Shown: positions 1 to 10,007, counted from the first letter of the stretch. The stretch is DNA of 64,000 nt from Candidatus Gastranaerophilales bacterium (GCA_028277625.1 JANQFW010000056.1:8536-72535); one strand, 5' to 3'. Notes: a model not told the origin generated them from the letters alone. Program-made: numbers and translations.

Positions 1-660
1 CTTAACAGACTCTGCGCTGTTAGCGTGGAATGGAATTGTAGCCAGCATTACACCATCTTTTTTAAGAATACGTGCGCATTGCGAAAATGCTTTTGATGGA
101 TTTGGTACATGTTCAAATACGTCATTACTAATAATAATATCAAATTCCGCATTGCCAAAGCTCATATTTTCAATGTTTTCATGTCTTATTCCGTTTATTA
201 GAGCACCACCTTCATATTCAGGCCCAAGATATTCACTTCCAATTATTTTATGCTCTGCAAACTTTGCAATTACCCAATTATAAACAGGTGTAACCTGCTC
301 CATTAAATATACAGATTGATCAGGTTTAGCGCAAAGATGCTGTTTAATTAATGTAGAAATAAGGCGTTGCCTGTTATTCATTTTGCAAATCGGACATTCT
401 AAACGCTCACGCCAATTTGGTATCCAACCTTTTGGTGTTTTTCTTCCACCAACTTGCATATCAACCACAAATGATACATTTTGCTCGCAAGGCACACAAT
501 AACCATCTATCAAAAATTTTGAACTTTCCGAATCACCAACAAACTGGCTCTCAAAATCACGAATCTGCTTTAGTTCATCACTTACCCAAAAAGATTTAAA
601 TTCATCTTGGTTTTTAATAGATGCTATAGGGTGCAGGTTAGACAGTTTTGATTTTGTCAT
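1..660 (-). CDS. class I SAM-dependent methyltransferase, N-terminal 220 codons only (gene runs off the left edge)
   Basis: Not in the ORF track because no stop lies inside the window. The reverse frame is open from ATG at 658-660 to nt 1 (checked triplet by triplet). An AAGGAA purine run precedes the ATG. The translation MTKSKLSNLHP...CVPC...CPIC...EFDIIISNDVFEHVPNPSKAFSQCARILKKDGVMLATIPF has a Zn-ribbon-like CxxC pair followed by a Methyltransf_11/23-like core. Confidence 0.6.
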   Translation of the reverse strand, partial: MTKSKLSNLHPIASIKNQDEFKSFWVSDELKQIRDFESQFVGDSESSKFLIDGYCVPCEQNVSFVVDMQVGGRKTPKGWIPNWRERLECPICKMNNRQRLISTLIKQHLCAKPDQSVYLMEQVTPVYNWVIAKFAEHKIIGSEYLGPEYEGGALINGIRHENIENMSFGNAEFDIIISNDVFEHVPNPSKAFSQCARILKKDGVMLATIPFHANSAESVK

Positions 661-760
661 TTTTATTCCTTATTTTTTATAAACATATTAGCACAGGTCT
701 ATAGATAACAATAGCGTACCCCTAGAGTTACGCTATTATTGTTATTTTAAAAATTTTAGA

Positions 761-1324
761 TTATTTCCCTCTGGTTATTACCTTGCGTACCCCAGTATAA
801 ATAGACTTTAAAGGTTTTGGCATGCCGGGGAGGCTCTTTTTATAGTTTTTTACAGCATTTATGCCCTTTGGGATAAAATACAAAGTCGTAACCAGATTAA
901 CAGCATCTCTTCCGAGATTTTTTAAATCTTTTTTAAATTCATAATGTTCGTTATTGCTACTATGATCACACAGATTAACAAAGTCTTTAGCTGTCTTGCC
1001 TACAGCCAAAGCCCCAAGCCCAAAGGCCAGTCCTGTTACTCCAGCAGAAGACGTAATACCAATCAGTGGCAAGGATGCTATAGCTATTGATCCTACAGCA
1101 GCAAGCCCTATGGTTCTAAAAGGGTGCAATGCTACAGATATCGCCAAATCTTTAGTTCGGCCTATAATACCTCTTGTTACAAGCATTACACCTTTTTTAA
1201 CACTAACTTTATTGTCGCTTGCGTTATCAAAATTTCTTGAAAAAGCTATATTATTTTTTTGTTGTAACCTCTGGTTATTATTGCTTTTGTTGACAATTGT
1301 TCTTGGTTTTGAGTTTACTAACAT
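761..1324 (-). CDS. hypothetical membrane protein, short paralog of the N-terminal domain of 1397..2746
   Basis: ORF track. About 165 aa align by eye with the neighbouring product (KDLA..HP.(R/K)TIG.AA, LPL.GI.SS.G, VGKTAKD, NNE.Y, PK.I.AVKNY.K). It has two Gly/Ala-rich hydrophobic segments. Confidence 0.6.
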   Translation of the reverse strand: MLVNSKPRTIVNKSNNNQRLQQKNNIAFSRNFDNASDNKVSVKKGVMLVTRGIIGRTKDLAISVALHPFRTIGLAAVGSIAIASLPLIGITSSAGVTGLAFGLGALAVGKTAKDFVNLCDHSSNNEHYEFKKDLKNLGRDAVNLVTTLYFIPKGINAVKNYKKSLPGMPKPLKSIYTGVRKVITRGK

Positions 1325-1396
1325 TTTAATAACTTTCCTCTTAGCAAATTCTTTTATAATTATACAACAATCCTAAATATAAAATTTGCCCCTTTT

Positions 1397-2746
1397 TCAT
1401 ATTTGTTTTTTATTTTTTGTAGTTGTACTTTGGGCTTGTGCCATTACTGTTTTGAAGCCGGGTCTGTTTTTTATTACAGCGTCATAGTATTTATCTTGGG
1501 CGGCATAAGCTTCTTTTTCCAGTATATTACTTTTGTATATCTTTTCAAATTTTTCTTGGCGTGTTTTTATATGCTTGTACAGTTGCTTAACATAATTTAA
1601 AAAGCCAATACTTTTATCCGGTCTCTCTTCTGCTAATTGCATCTCCATATTGTATATTTTTTTTGTATCATCAACTTTTTGAATACAACCTTCTAGGTAT
1701 TTACTAGCTAATTTGGCTTTGGGGCTATTGGGTAAAATAGGCTCAGAGTTATCTATAACTTGCTGATAAAATTTCATATTCATTTTCATTTTTTTCTCTT
1801 TGGGCATAATTTGACTTAAATCTAAATTAGAATCACCAGATAACTCTTTAATCCAGTTAATTCTCAGTGTATTATACTTATCTAATCCTTTTTCTAGTGC
1901 AGTAGTACCAAGGTTTTTTGTATTTACTATGTCGCTAAACTGTCTGAAGTGCTCTAGCTCATGTCTTAATACTCCCTCTGTTGCAAGTTGTTTACCTCCA
2001 GTAAGTGGGTTAACAAGAAGTGGATTTACCTTTATTACAGCTTCTTCAGGCTCATAAAGAGCAGCAGCAATAGCGGGTATATCTTTGCCTATAAGCAGCT
2101 TAGGCTTTATTTTTAACCCCATTTCATTTGTAATTTGTTCATATTTTAACTTCAAATTAGCTTTAAAACATGCCCAAATATGCTTTAAAGGGTTTTTCGT
2201 TGCCCTCAAGTCTCTCCAATACTCTTTGTTAAACTGTATCTTAGGACCAAATTTAGCATAATTTTTAACCGCCTTTATTGCCTTAGGCACAAAAGGCACG
2301 GTTAGAGCCAGATCAACACCATCACCACCGATATTCCTCAAGTCACTTCTCAACTTTGCATACTCGTTATTTCTACTATGCTTAAACGCACTAACAGAAT
2401 CCTTAGCCGTCTTGCCCACAGTTAACGCTGCAAATCCTAATCCCAGCACCGCAGCCCCGGTAGAAGAAGCTATACCGACTAAAGGCAATGCCCCCAACGC
2501 TATTGATGTACCCGCAGCAACCCCAATAGTTTTTAATGGGTGCTTAAAAATACATAGTGCTAAATCTTTTCCCTTGTGCAAAAATCCGCTGCCTACAAGC
2601 TTAAAGCCCTCTTTTGCACTAACATTCTTTGCCTCTTTGTCATCACTCAAGCTGTTGGGATTACCTAAAAAACAAGTATTATTTTTTTGATCTAAGCCCT
2701 GTCTACTTTTTGGAACGCACGCTTTTGGAGTTGAACTTACTAACAT
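1397..2746 (-). CDS. hypothetical membrane protein with a C-terminal HExxH-containing domain
   Basis: ORF track. The N-terminal ~170 aa are paralogous to 761..1324. The C-terminal ~280 aa contain VLRHELEHFRQF (an HExxH string). No family was recognised. Confidence 0.65.
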   Translation of the reverse strand: MLVSSTPKACVPKSRQGLDQKNNTCFLGNPNSLSDDKEAKNVSAKEGFKLVGSGFLHKGKDLALCIFKHPLKTIGVAAGTSIALGALPLVGIASSTGAAVLGLGFAALTVGKTAKDSVSAFKHSRNNEYAKLRSDLRNIGGDGVDLALTVPFVPKAIKAVKNYAKFGPKIQFNKEYWRDLRATKNPLKHIWACFKANLKLKYEQITNEMGLKIKPKLLIGKDIPAIAAALYEPEEAVIKVNPLLVNPLTGGKQLATEGVLRHELEHFRQFSDIVNTKNLGTTALEKGLDKYNTLRINWIKELSGDSNLDLSQIMPKEKKMKMNMKFYQQVIDNSEPILPNSPKAKLASKYLEGCIQKVDDTKKIYNMEMQLAEERPDKSIGFLNYVKQLYKHIKTRQEKFEKIYKSNILEKEAYAAQDKYYDAVIKNRPGFKTVMAQAQSTTTKNKKQI

Positions 2747-2809
2747 ATAATAGTTCTCCTTTCAACAAATCCCCTAAGACATACTTTTAACCTGTATATT
2801 AATTATTTT

Positions 2810-2985
2810 GGCATTATTTTTGTTGAATGTTTTTAGTGAGATAAAATTTACTACTTAAGTTTCTACGCTTTGCAGCGTATTTTAGATACTAGTTCAGTTT
2901 TTTAGACAAAAGTCTAAAAGGCATTTTTAGTTTTTTGTTAAATGTTTTTACTGAGATAAAATCAACTATTTAAATTTTCACGCTT
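2810..2985. repeat. two ~60-65-nt direct repeats in the kdsB / 2746-gene intergenic region
   Basis: GGCATTATTTTTGTTGAATGTTTTTAGTGAGATAAAATTTACTACTTAAGTTTCTACGCTT (2810-2870) matches GGCATTTTTAGTTTTTTGTTAAATGTTTTTACTGAGATAAAATCAACTATTTAAATTTTCACGCTT (2920-2985). The small hairpin TTTAGACAAAAGTCTAAA lies between them. Confidence 0.7.
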
Positions 2986-3093
2986 AGTTTGTATAGCTAA
3001 TAGAATAAAAACATCAAATCAAAAAAATTGACCCGATAAAATAAAAAAATTTTTGATTTAATTTTAGGAATAACATAAATACAAATACTAGCC

Positions 3094-3828
3094 CTAAAAC
3101 ACTAGCATATCTCTTAGCTTATTCAGATCCTCTTGCGTATCAACCCCAATAGGCTTGTAATCAACAACAGCAGTTTTAATCTTCATTCCGTTATACAGCG
3201 CTCTCAATTGTTCCAAACACTCAGTTTTTTCAATTTCAGCCTGTGGTAAAGCTGTCATACTAAGCAAGCTATTTCTTTTATACACATACAAGCCAATATG
3301 AGCATAAAAATCCATACCAATATTTTCTCTTTTATAAGGTATAGGCGACCTGGAAAAATAAAGAGCATTGCCATGTACATCAGTCACAACTTTTACCAGG
3401 TTAGGATTGCTTACTTCGCTTTTATCATCAATTTTTCTTATCAAAGTAGAAATATCAGCACTACTGTCATCAATTAAACATCTTATTGCACTGTCTATGC
3501 TCTCAGGCGTAATCAAAGGCTCATCCCCCTGCATATTCACAGCAATTTCTATGTCAGGATTATTTTTAATAACTTCAGCAATCCTGTCACTTCCGCTCTG
3601 ATGGTGTGGAGAGGTTCGCTCTACCATACCGCCAAACTCTTTTACAGCTTGATAAATCTCATCGTTATCTGTTGCAACAATAACCTTATTCGCATATTTT
3701 GACTGGATAGCTTTCTCCCAAACCATTTGTACTATAGGCTTATCATTCACTTTCAATAAAGGCTTGCCCGGCAGCCTCGTCGATCCATATCTGGCCGGTA
3801 TTATTATTGCAATATTACTTGAGTGCAT
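3094..3828 (-). CDS. kdsB: 3-deoxy-manno-octulosonate cytidylyltransferase (CMP-KDO synthetase)
   Basis: IIIPARYGSTRLPGKPLL...VATD...HQSGSDRIAEV...NMQGDEPLI matches KdsB motifs along the full length (244 aa). Confidence 0.9.
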   Translation of the reverse strand: MHSSNIAIIIPARYGSTRLPGKPLLKVNDKPIVQMVWEKAIQSKYANKVIVATDNDEIYQAVKEFGGMVERTSPHHQSGSDRIAEVIKNNPDIEIAVNMQGDEPLITPESIDSAIRCLIDDSSADISTLIRKIDDKSEVSNPNLVKVVTDVHGNALYFSRSPIPYKRENIGMDFYAHIGLYVYKRNSLLSMTALPQAEIEKTECLEQLRALYNGMKIKTAVVDYKPIGVDTQEDLNKLRDMLVF

Positions 3829-4942
3829 AAATAACTCCCTTTTTTGTAGCTAAAAACACAGTACTATCATTAATAACAGGCGAAGAAAATAAAGGAAAAT
3901 CCGTTTTAAATGCCCACATAAGCTGCCCGTTTTTTGTATTAAATGAATATAAGTTTTTATCCCCGGACGCAATATATACATGGCTGTCAACCACCCCCGC
4001 AGAACCCAATATTGATCCTCCTGTCTTATGTTGCCAGTTTATATTTCCGGTTTTTGCGCTTATCGAGTAAAAATAACCTTTTCCATCTCCAACAAAAACG
4101 CTTCCCTTATAACATGCCGGCGTAGCAGCCACTATGCCTTTTAGCCTTTTTTTCCAGACAGGTTTAAATGACTTTAAAGAAACCGCATAAATATGCTTGT
4201 CAGTAGAGCCAAAATAAATATTATTACCAGAGATAACAGGCTTAGAAACTATATGGCCCTGAGTAGAAAAAACTCTCTTTTTTTTAGGGCATAAAAGGTC
4301 AATCGCATATAAATTACCGTCATAAGAACCAAAATAAAGCACATCCTTAAAAATGGTAGGCGAAGACTCTATAGGCCCTTGAGTACCAAAAGCCCAGTTT
4401 TTTTGACCCGTAGAAAGATTAAAAGAATAAATGTTTCTATCTCTAGACCCAAAATAAATGTTTGCCTTATGTACTTCAGGCGTTGAAAAAATCGAGCTAT
4501 TAGCCCTACACCTCCAAATAATTCTTCCATTTGACTTATCTAATAAAAATAAATTACCATTGTCAGCTCCTATAGAAACATAATTAGAATAAATCTCAGG
4601 CGACGACTTGGAAATATGATGTCCCAAAGGTGTTTTCCAGTACAAAGTCCCATTATATTTATTAATAGCATAAATAATGCCATTTTTAGTCGCAATGTAT
4701 AATTTATGTTTATCAATTGCCGGGCTGGAGCTGATCTGTGTTTTAGTATCAAACCTCCAAAATAGCTTACCGCAAGGTACATTTCCTTTACTTATGTATC
4801 TATATCGATGCTGATTAGGTTGTTTCTTCAAAAAGCTTACTTTTTTTATGTTCAAATCGTTTTTGCCACAACCGGTTATGGTTAAACAGCATAAAATAAG
4901 CAAAATAAAAGCTAATAAAAATTTATTAGAATGATTAATCAT
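3815..4942 (-). CDS. PQQ-like beta-propeller repeat lipoprotein (BamB-like)
   Basis: Lipoprotein signal LILCCLTITG|C. Repeated ...G.(I/L)YA(I/V)....G...W motifs are typical of PQQ/BamB propellers. It overlaps kdsB by 14 nt and the recombinase gene by 4 nt, which looks like one operon. Confidence 0.75.
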   Translation of the reverse strand: MINHSNKFLLAFILLILCCLTITGCGKNDLNIKKVSFLKKQPNQHRYRYISKGNVPCGKLFWRFDTKTQISSSPAIDKHKLYIATKNGIIYAINKYNGTLYWKTPLGHHISKSSPEIYSNYVSIGADNGNLFLLDKSNGRIIWRCRANSSIFSTPEVHKANIYFGSRDRNIYSFNLSTGQKNWAFGTQGPIESSPTIFKDVLYFGSYDGNLYAIDLLCPKKKRVFSTQGHIVSKPVISGNNIYFGSTDKHIYAVSLKSFKPVWKKRLKGIVAATPACYKGSVFVGDGKGYFYSISAKTGNINWQHKTGGSILGSAGVVDSHVYIASGDKNLYSFNTKNGQLMWAFKTDFPLFSSPVINDSTVFLATKKGVIYALK

Positions 4943-5880
4943 CTGGTCTGGTTTGCCTCTTGCATTTTAGCTCTAGGGTGGGCTTTTATATAAGTTTGGC
5001 GCAATCTTTCAGCAGAAACATGTGTATATATTTGCGTATTGCTAATATTTGCATGCCCCAAAAGCTCTTGTACCACACGCAAGTCAGCACCTTTTTCCAA
5101 AAGTTTGGTCGCAAAGCTATGCCTAAATACGTGAGGGGATAACTTTTTAGAAAAATTTATCTTTTTAGACAGTTCGCTCAAAGTTCTGTTTATACTTCTT
5201 TGCTGAAGCCTAAAACCCGTATTATTGATAAAAACAGGTGACGACTGTGTAAAGTAATCATCTGCGCATATTTGACGGCGCATAGTTTGAATATATTTTT
5301 CCAGGTATTGTTTAGCTCTGTTGCTTATCAAAACAATCCTTTCTTTTCCGCCTTTACCAAAAACAGTTATTTCGTTGCTTTCCAGGTTTAAATCTTCAAA
5401 ATTAAGGCTGCAAAGCTCAGAAATTCTAATGCCTGTAGCATATAAAACCTCAAAAATAGTTCTGTTTCTATAGCCTGACGGAGTAGTTATATCAACCTGA
5501 TTTAATACTTCATCAACTTCTTCTTCAGTCAAAAAGTCAGGCAATTTTTTGGGTTTCTTAGGTGTTTTAATATTGCTTGCAGGATTGGTCGTAACAAGTT
5601 TTTCCCTGTACATAAATTTATAAAAAGTTCGCAGCGCAGCAATTTTTCTGGATACAGTAGGTTTAGAATAGCTTTGTGTTTGAATAAAAGCCAGATATTC
5701 TTTAATATCTTTATGGGTAAAAGTTTGTGGCGACCTGTTTTGCGTCCAGTTCAAAAAGATTGTAATATCAGTACTATAAGCTTTTGCTGTATGAATAGAT
5801 AAGTTTCTTTCCACTTCAAGGTACAACTTAAATTCTTCAAGCAATTTCAGAGATTCTGGATTAATTAATGATTTATTCAA
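4939..5880 (-). CDS. tyrosine site-specific recombinase, XerC/XerD family
   Basis: The N-terminal SAM-like domain (LSIHTAKAYSTDI) and the C-terminal catalytic motifs (ATGIRISEL, HVFRHSFATKLLEKGADLRVVQELLGHANISNTQIYTHV) are present. Confidence 0.85.
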   Translation of the reverse strand: MNKSLINPESLKLLEEFKLYLEVERNLSIHTAKAYSTDITIFLNWTQNRSPQTFTHKDIKEYLAFIQTQSYSKPTVSRKIAALRTFYKFMYREKLVTTNPASNIKTPKKPKKLPDFLTEEEVDEVLNQVDITTPSGYRNRTIFEVLYATGIRISELCSLNFEDLNLESNEITVFGKGGKERIVLISNRAKQYLEKYIQTMRRQICADDYFTQSSPVFINNTGFRLQQRSINRTLSELSKKINFSKKLSPHVFRHSFATKLLEKGADLRVVQELLGHANISNTQIYTHVSAERLRQTYIKAHPRAKMQEANQTR

Positions 5881-6040
5881 TGATCCATCTCCTTAGTGGT
5901 TTAGCCAATAATTATACTATAATTATACAATCAAGCATGCCCAATTGTAAAAGTAAAATAGTAAAATAGGTAATAAAAATAAATTATCTAAGTAATCATG
6001 ATATATTTTCATTAGAAGATAGATTTTAGGGGTTTGAGAT

Positions 6041-7921
6041 ATGAGTATAACTTCAAAACAATTTTTAGCATTACTTTTCACCACTTTAATTATCACCGGT
6101 TCGCTATACTGCGCTTCTCCACTAGAGGCAAGGGTTTCAGGTAAAATTTATAGTGCAAAAATTTCAAGAAATTATTCAGTAATACAAAACTTAATAAGAA
6201 GAAAAAAATATAAAGCCGCAGAGCAAAAAGCTTTAAAAATCTTAAAAGATAGACCGTATGACGAGCGCGCAAGGCTTTATTTAGGGCAAATCTACTTGGA
6301 TCAATACAAGCTAGATGCTGCAAAAAGAGAATTTAAAAGAGTTTTGTCAAAAAATCCTAACAGTGCGACTGCCCACAACGGCTTAGGAGAAGTTTATTAC
6401 AAAAGAACAGCTTCATCCGATATGGAAGTAAGAAGAAACATTGATAAATACTATAAAGATGCCTTTAAAGAATTTAAAAACGCACTAGAATTAGCACCGA
6501 ACTATTATCCGGCATATTATAATATTGCAAAAGTTTTTCTAAAACTAAAGAGTTATGAAGAAGCGGAATATTATTATGATAGAGCTTTAGAATTAGAACC
6601 CGGAAGTTCAAAAGCCTTGGATGGTCTTGGAGAAGTCGATCTTGCATATGGCAGAACAGATGAAGCTATAGAAAAGTTCAAAAAAGCAATCTCCAGAAAC
6701 TCAAAAAACTCAAGAGCACACTACAACCTAGGTAAAGCTTTAATTAAAAAAGATCAATACAGCCAAGCAATAAAATCCTTGAACACATCACTATATTTGT
6801 TTTCAAATAGCGCACCAGTCCACAACATGCTCGGTCGTGCGTACGAACTACAAGGCAATGAGACAGCAGCAATCAATCAATACAAAAAAGCTACGCTAAT
6901 CAAGCCTGAATATACTGATGCATACATGAATCTTTCTAATATTTACCAGAGAAGAGGAGACGGCGAGCTTGCGATTGCCCAGTTAAAAAGTTTAATAAAG
7001 CTAATGCCTGAGTTTATAGAAGGCAAGCTAAAAGTAGCAGAACTATCACTCAAAAACAACAAGCTTGACCAAGCCATTGACTACTACAATGATGCATTGC
7101 GCTCACCTCAATACACAGCTGTTGCACTAAACGGTTTGTCTAATGCGTATTTTAAAAAAGCGCAAAATGCTAAAGTTTACAATGATTTAGCCTCAGATGT
7201 AGATTATTTAGATGTAGAAGTCTTAATAAAGCAAGCAATTAACTACACTCCAGATAATATGCAGCTTTATTTAGCTTTGCTAAAAATCTCCAGGCTAAAC
7301 AATAATGATAGAGATGCTGGCATATATTTAAATAAAATCCTTACAAGCTCTTCGTATAAGCCTATATCCAATGTTATCAAAGGCGAAGCGCACCTAAGCT
7401 TTAAAAATTATAAAAAAGCTCAAAAGCACTTTGATATTGCGGTTAATCAAATATCAAATACTAGCGATTTGCTAAAAATAAGCGAGATTCTAATATCAAA
7501 CAGAGCTTATCCATCAGCCAAAATGGCATGTCAAAAGATATTAAACAAAGATCCTGACAATACATTGGCTTTAAAATATTTAGAAAAGCTTAGAAGTAAT
7601 GAACACAAAGCTATACTAAAATTTAATAAGGCAAAAGCTTTTTATGACGAAGGCCAAAAAATAGCATCAATAGACACTCTAAGGCAGAGTCTTGATTTAA
7701 ATCCTTATAGTCTTGATGCTCAGTTGTTAATAGCAAAAGCTTATGAGAAAAAGCGATTTTACTTTAATGCACTGGAGCATTACAATGCTTATTTAGACTT
7801 AGTCCCTTATAATGCTACAAGCCGAAATGGCAAGTATATTAAAAAAGTAAACAGGCTAAAAAGAAAGATACAAAAAGCTCAAATGAAAAATAAAAAGCTT
7901 AAAAAATACACAGAATTATAA
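6041..7921 (+). CDS. tetratricopeptide-repeat protein with an N-terminal signal/anchor
   Basis: Many TPR-like units (A...Y..AL.L.P....A...LG..Y) run through 626 aa, after a hydrophobic N-terminus. Confidence 0.8.
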   Translation: MSITSKQFLALLFTTLIITGSLYCASPLEARVSGKIYSAKISRNYSVIQNLIRRKKYKAAEQKALKILKDRPYDERARLYLGQIYLDQYKLDAAKREFKRVLSKNPNSATAHNGLGEVYYKRTASSDMEVRRNIDKYYKDAFKEFKNALELAPNYYPAYYNIAKVFLKLKSYEEAEYYYDRALELEPGSSKALDGLGEVDLAYGRTDEAIEKFKKAISRNSKNSRAHYNLGKALIKKDQYSQAIKSLNTSLYLFSNSAPVHNMLGRAYELQGNETAAINQYKKATLIKPEYTDAYMNLSNIYQRRGDGELAIAQLKSLIKLMPEFIEGKLKVAELSLKNNKLDQAIDYYNDALRSPQYTAVALNGLSNAYFKKAQNAKVYNDLASDVDYLDVEVLIKQAINYTPDNMQLYLALLKISRLNNNDRDAGIYLNKILTSSSYKPISNVIKGEAHLSFKNYKKAQKHFDIAVNQISNTSDLLKISEILISNRAYPSAKMACQKILNKDPDNTLALKYLEKLRSNEHKAILKFNKAKAFYDEGQKIASIDTLRQSLDLNPYSLDAQLLIAKAYEKKRFYFNALEHYNAYLDLVPYNATSRNGKYIKKVNRLKRKIQKAQMKNKKLKKYTEL

Positions 7922-8118
7922 TTGATTCCGTAACAAGTTTTGTGTAAACCTTATTAGAGAGATTAGAGATATTTTTCTAGTCTCTCTTCAAAATATATCA
8001 AAAGTTGATTTAAAATCAAGCTCCAATTGAGAATTAATTGCGCTATTTGACATTCCTTTTGCGTACATAGACATCACGTTAAATGCTGTATTTTCTTCTT
8101 TATTTTTTCTTAACATGT

Positions 8119-8158
8119 GAAAAACCTCCGTTTTTAATTTACTACTTTTCGGAGGTTT
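8119..8158 (-). terminator. rho-independent terminator of IDP1
   Basis: On the minus strand AAACCUCCG...CGGAGGUUU is followed by UUC. It lies ~30 nt after the stop at 8190. Confidence 0.65.
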
Positions 8159-8189
8159 ACACAAAATCATTTATGGATTCTAATCTTTC

Positions 8190-9269
8190 TTATAGTTTTT
8201 TGGTAGGATCTTCTCCTCCACCAAGACCAGGTTGTAATAAGTTAGATCCTTGCATGGTTGCGTTAACATCAGCACTTATTCCGTCCTGCAACGATTTAAC
8301 TTGATTTTCTGCTGGAGCAGGTGCAGAGCTACCGCTATCGCCTGTTGCCGCAGGTTCTTCTGATCCATCAAGCCCTAGAATATCTTTAAATAAGCCAAGC
8401 ATGTTAGGGTCTTCGCCACTTTTCTCAGCTTGTTGAGGACCTTCACCCCCTTGGCCTAGTAGCTCTAATAACATTTGTTTTATTTCTTCAAGTAAGCCTT
8501 GGTCTTCGCCACCTTCTTCTGCTGCTAAAGGTTCTTCAGCTGATGTTCCTTCTGCAGGTGCACTTGATCCTCCACCACCTGCAGGTGCTGCCTCTGCAGG
8601 TGCAGATCCTCCGCCAGCAGCTGGCGCTTCCGCTGGTGCAGGTGCTCCGCCACTAGCTGGCGCTTCAGCTGGTGGTTCTGATGCTTGCAAAGGTGTAGGT
8701 TGTGAGTGAGCTGGATAGCCATAAGATTGTGAGAAAGGATCACTCGCTTGAGTGGCTGATGGCTCAGTTCTTTGAGGTTGTGGTGTTAGAGATCCTGCCG
8801 GATTTGTTGTACCAAAGCCAAAGTTTTTGGATTTATCATTATAAGTATTAAAGAAATTGTTACTATAAGTGTTATGACTGTTTTGATACCCATTTTTACT
8901 GAATAAAGAAGTTTTATCTTTAGACTTTAGGTTTAGGTTACCCTGTGTGCCTATAGTAGTTGGATTTGTGGGTGGCACTGTTGGACTTACTCCAGATTTA
9001 GCAGCTGGCTTAGTTGCGGTTTTTGTGGCTGCTGGTTTGGTGCTAGGTTTTGTTTTAGGTATAGTAGTTGGCTTCTTCGTAGCTGCTTTTTTAGTAGCTG
9101 CCTTTTGTGGTGTAGCCTTCTTCGTAGCTGCTTTTTTGGGAGCCGCTTTTTTAGGAGCAGCCTTTTGGGGAGCAGCTTTTTGGGGAGCAGCTTTTTTGGG
9201 AGCTGCTTTTTTAGGAGCAGGTCGTCTAGGTACGGTCCCTTTAGTAAGTTTGGGTGCAGCCATACTCAA
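8190..9269 (-). CDS. IDP1: low-complexity protein with a basic (KKAAP)n N-block, an S/N/FG middle and an acidic P/A/G/E C-block
   Basis: ORF track. A GGAGGA SD sits 7 nt before the ATG, and the gene has its own terminator. No hydrophobic segment. Confidence 0.8.
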   Translation of the reverse strand: MSMAAPKLTKGTVPRRPAPKKAAPKKAAPQKAAPQKAAPKKAAPKKAATKKATPQKAATKKAATKKPTTIPKTKPSTKPAATKTATKPAAKSGVSPTVPPTNPTTIGTQGNLNLKSKDKTSLFSKNGYQNSHNTYSNNFFNTYNDKSKNFGFGTTNPAGSLTPQPQRTEPSATQASDPFSQSYGYPAHSQPTPLQASEPPAEAPASGGAPAPAEAPAAGGGSAPAEAAPAGGGGSSAPAEGTSAEEPLAAEEGGEDQGLLEEIKQMLLELLGQGGEGPQQAEKSGEDPNMLGLFKDILGLDGSEEPAATGDSGSSAPAPAENQVKSLQDGISADVNATMQGSNLLQPGLGGGEDPTKKL

Positions 9270-9541
9270 TCCTCCAAGTTATGAATGTCTCATCTCTCAT
9301 AAATTCAAATAAATATTATTGCTGGAGAACAAATGTCTCTCATTTGTTTTGCTACAAAGTCTTATTGCATATTTTTATAACTGCAATCTTTGTTTTGTAT
9401 TTCCTTGATTGTTATAGGAAATATTTGTAATTAGTAATAATTCTTAGACATACTCATTGAATTTAAGATTAATTCAAATAGAATAGTCTTATAAATATTT
9501 TAGAGTTTTTCTATGTCTCTCAACTAATTATTGTACTTATT

Positions 9542-9572
9542 AATATAAAAACAAAAAAGTATACGAAATTGC
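9542..9572 (-). promoter_or_regulatory. conserved promoter-like block (RCAATT-N19-TATA) upstream of IDP1
   Basis: On the minus strand GCAATT is at 9572-9567 and TTTGTTTTTATATT ends at 9542. The block is ~270 nt upstream of the ATG. Confidence 0.5.
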
Positions 9573-9664
9573 TTAAATTTATATATTTTCTCTATAAACT
9601 TGAAAAAACTTATGAATAATAAAAAAATAAAAGCTTGCTTGGCGTTTAATATTTTATTTAACTC

Positions 9665-9694
9665 ACAAAAAAGACCCTAAACTCAATTAGGATC
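9665..9694 (-). terminator. rho-independent terminator of IDP2
   Basis: Minus strand GAUCCUAA-loop-UUAGGGUC followed by UUUUUU. Confidence 0.75.
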
Positions 9695-9731
9695 TTTTTT
9701 ATATCTTTTATATTGCTCTTTTCACTTGCTT

Positions 9732-10007
9732 TTACTTTTGTGCTTTTGGGCCTCCTTTTTTGCCCATTAACTGTTGAAGCTGTTCTGGCTTAATACCTAG
9801 CATTTCGCAGAATTGCTTTAGCATATCTGCTCCGCTTTCCTTCTTTTTCGTGTCGCAGTTTCCGTCAGGGCAATCATTCTTTTTGTTGTTAAATACGCTA
9901 TCCTTAGGTACACATTTGCCATCTTTACATACCTTACCAGGGGGGCATTTACCATTTTTACAAGGACCACAGTTTCCGCCTGGACATTTATTCATTGATA
10001 TACCCAT
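9732..10007 (-). CDS. IDP2: small Cys/Lys/Gly-rich protein (CPGGNCGPCKNGKCPPGKVCKDGKC...)
   Basis: ORF track, with an AGGAGGA SD and its own terminator. It has 12 Cys in 91 aa, 11 of them in the first ~52 aa. Confidence 0.75.
   Translation of the reverse strand: MGISMNKCPGGNCGPCKNGKCPPGKVCKDGKCVPKDSVFNNKKNDCPDGNCDTKKKESGADMLKQFCEMLGIKPEQLQQLMGKKGGPKAQK

Noticed and set aside
4939-5880. Tyrosine recombinase as the integrase of a mobile element or island bordering the IDP region
   Set aside because: It has a XerC/D-type sequence and is translationally coupled (4-nt and 14-nt overlaps) in an operon with the BamB-like gene and kdsB. There is no adjacent tRNA, no att-like direct repeats and no other mobile-element genes.
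7988-8170. A 60-aa minus-strand ORF between the TPR gene and IDP1
   Set aside because: It spans the IDP1 terminator hairpin (8119-8158), has no SD, and shows no similarity to anything in the window.
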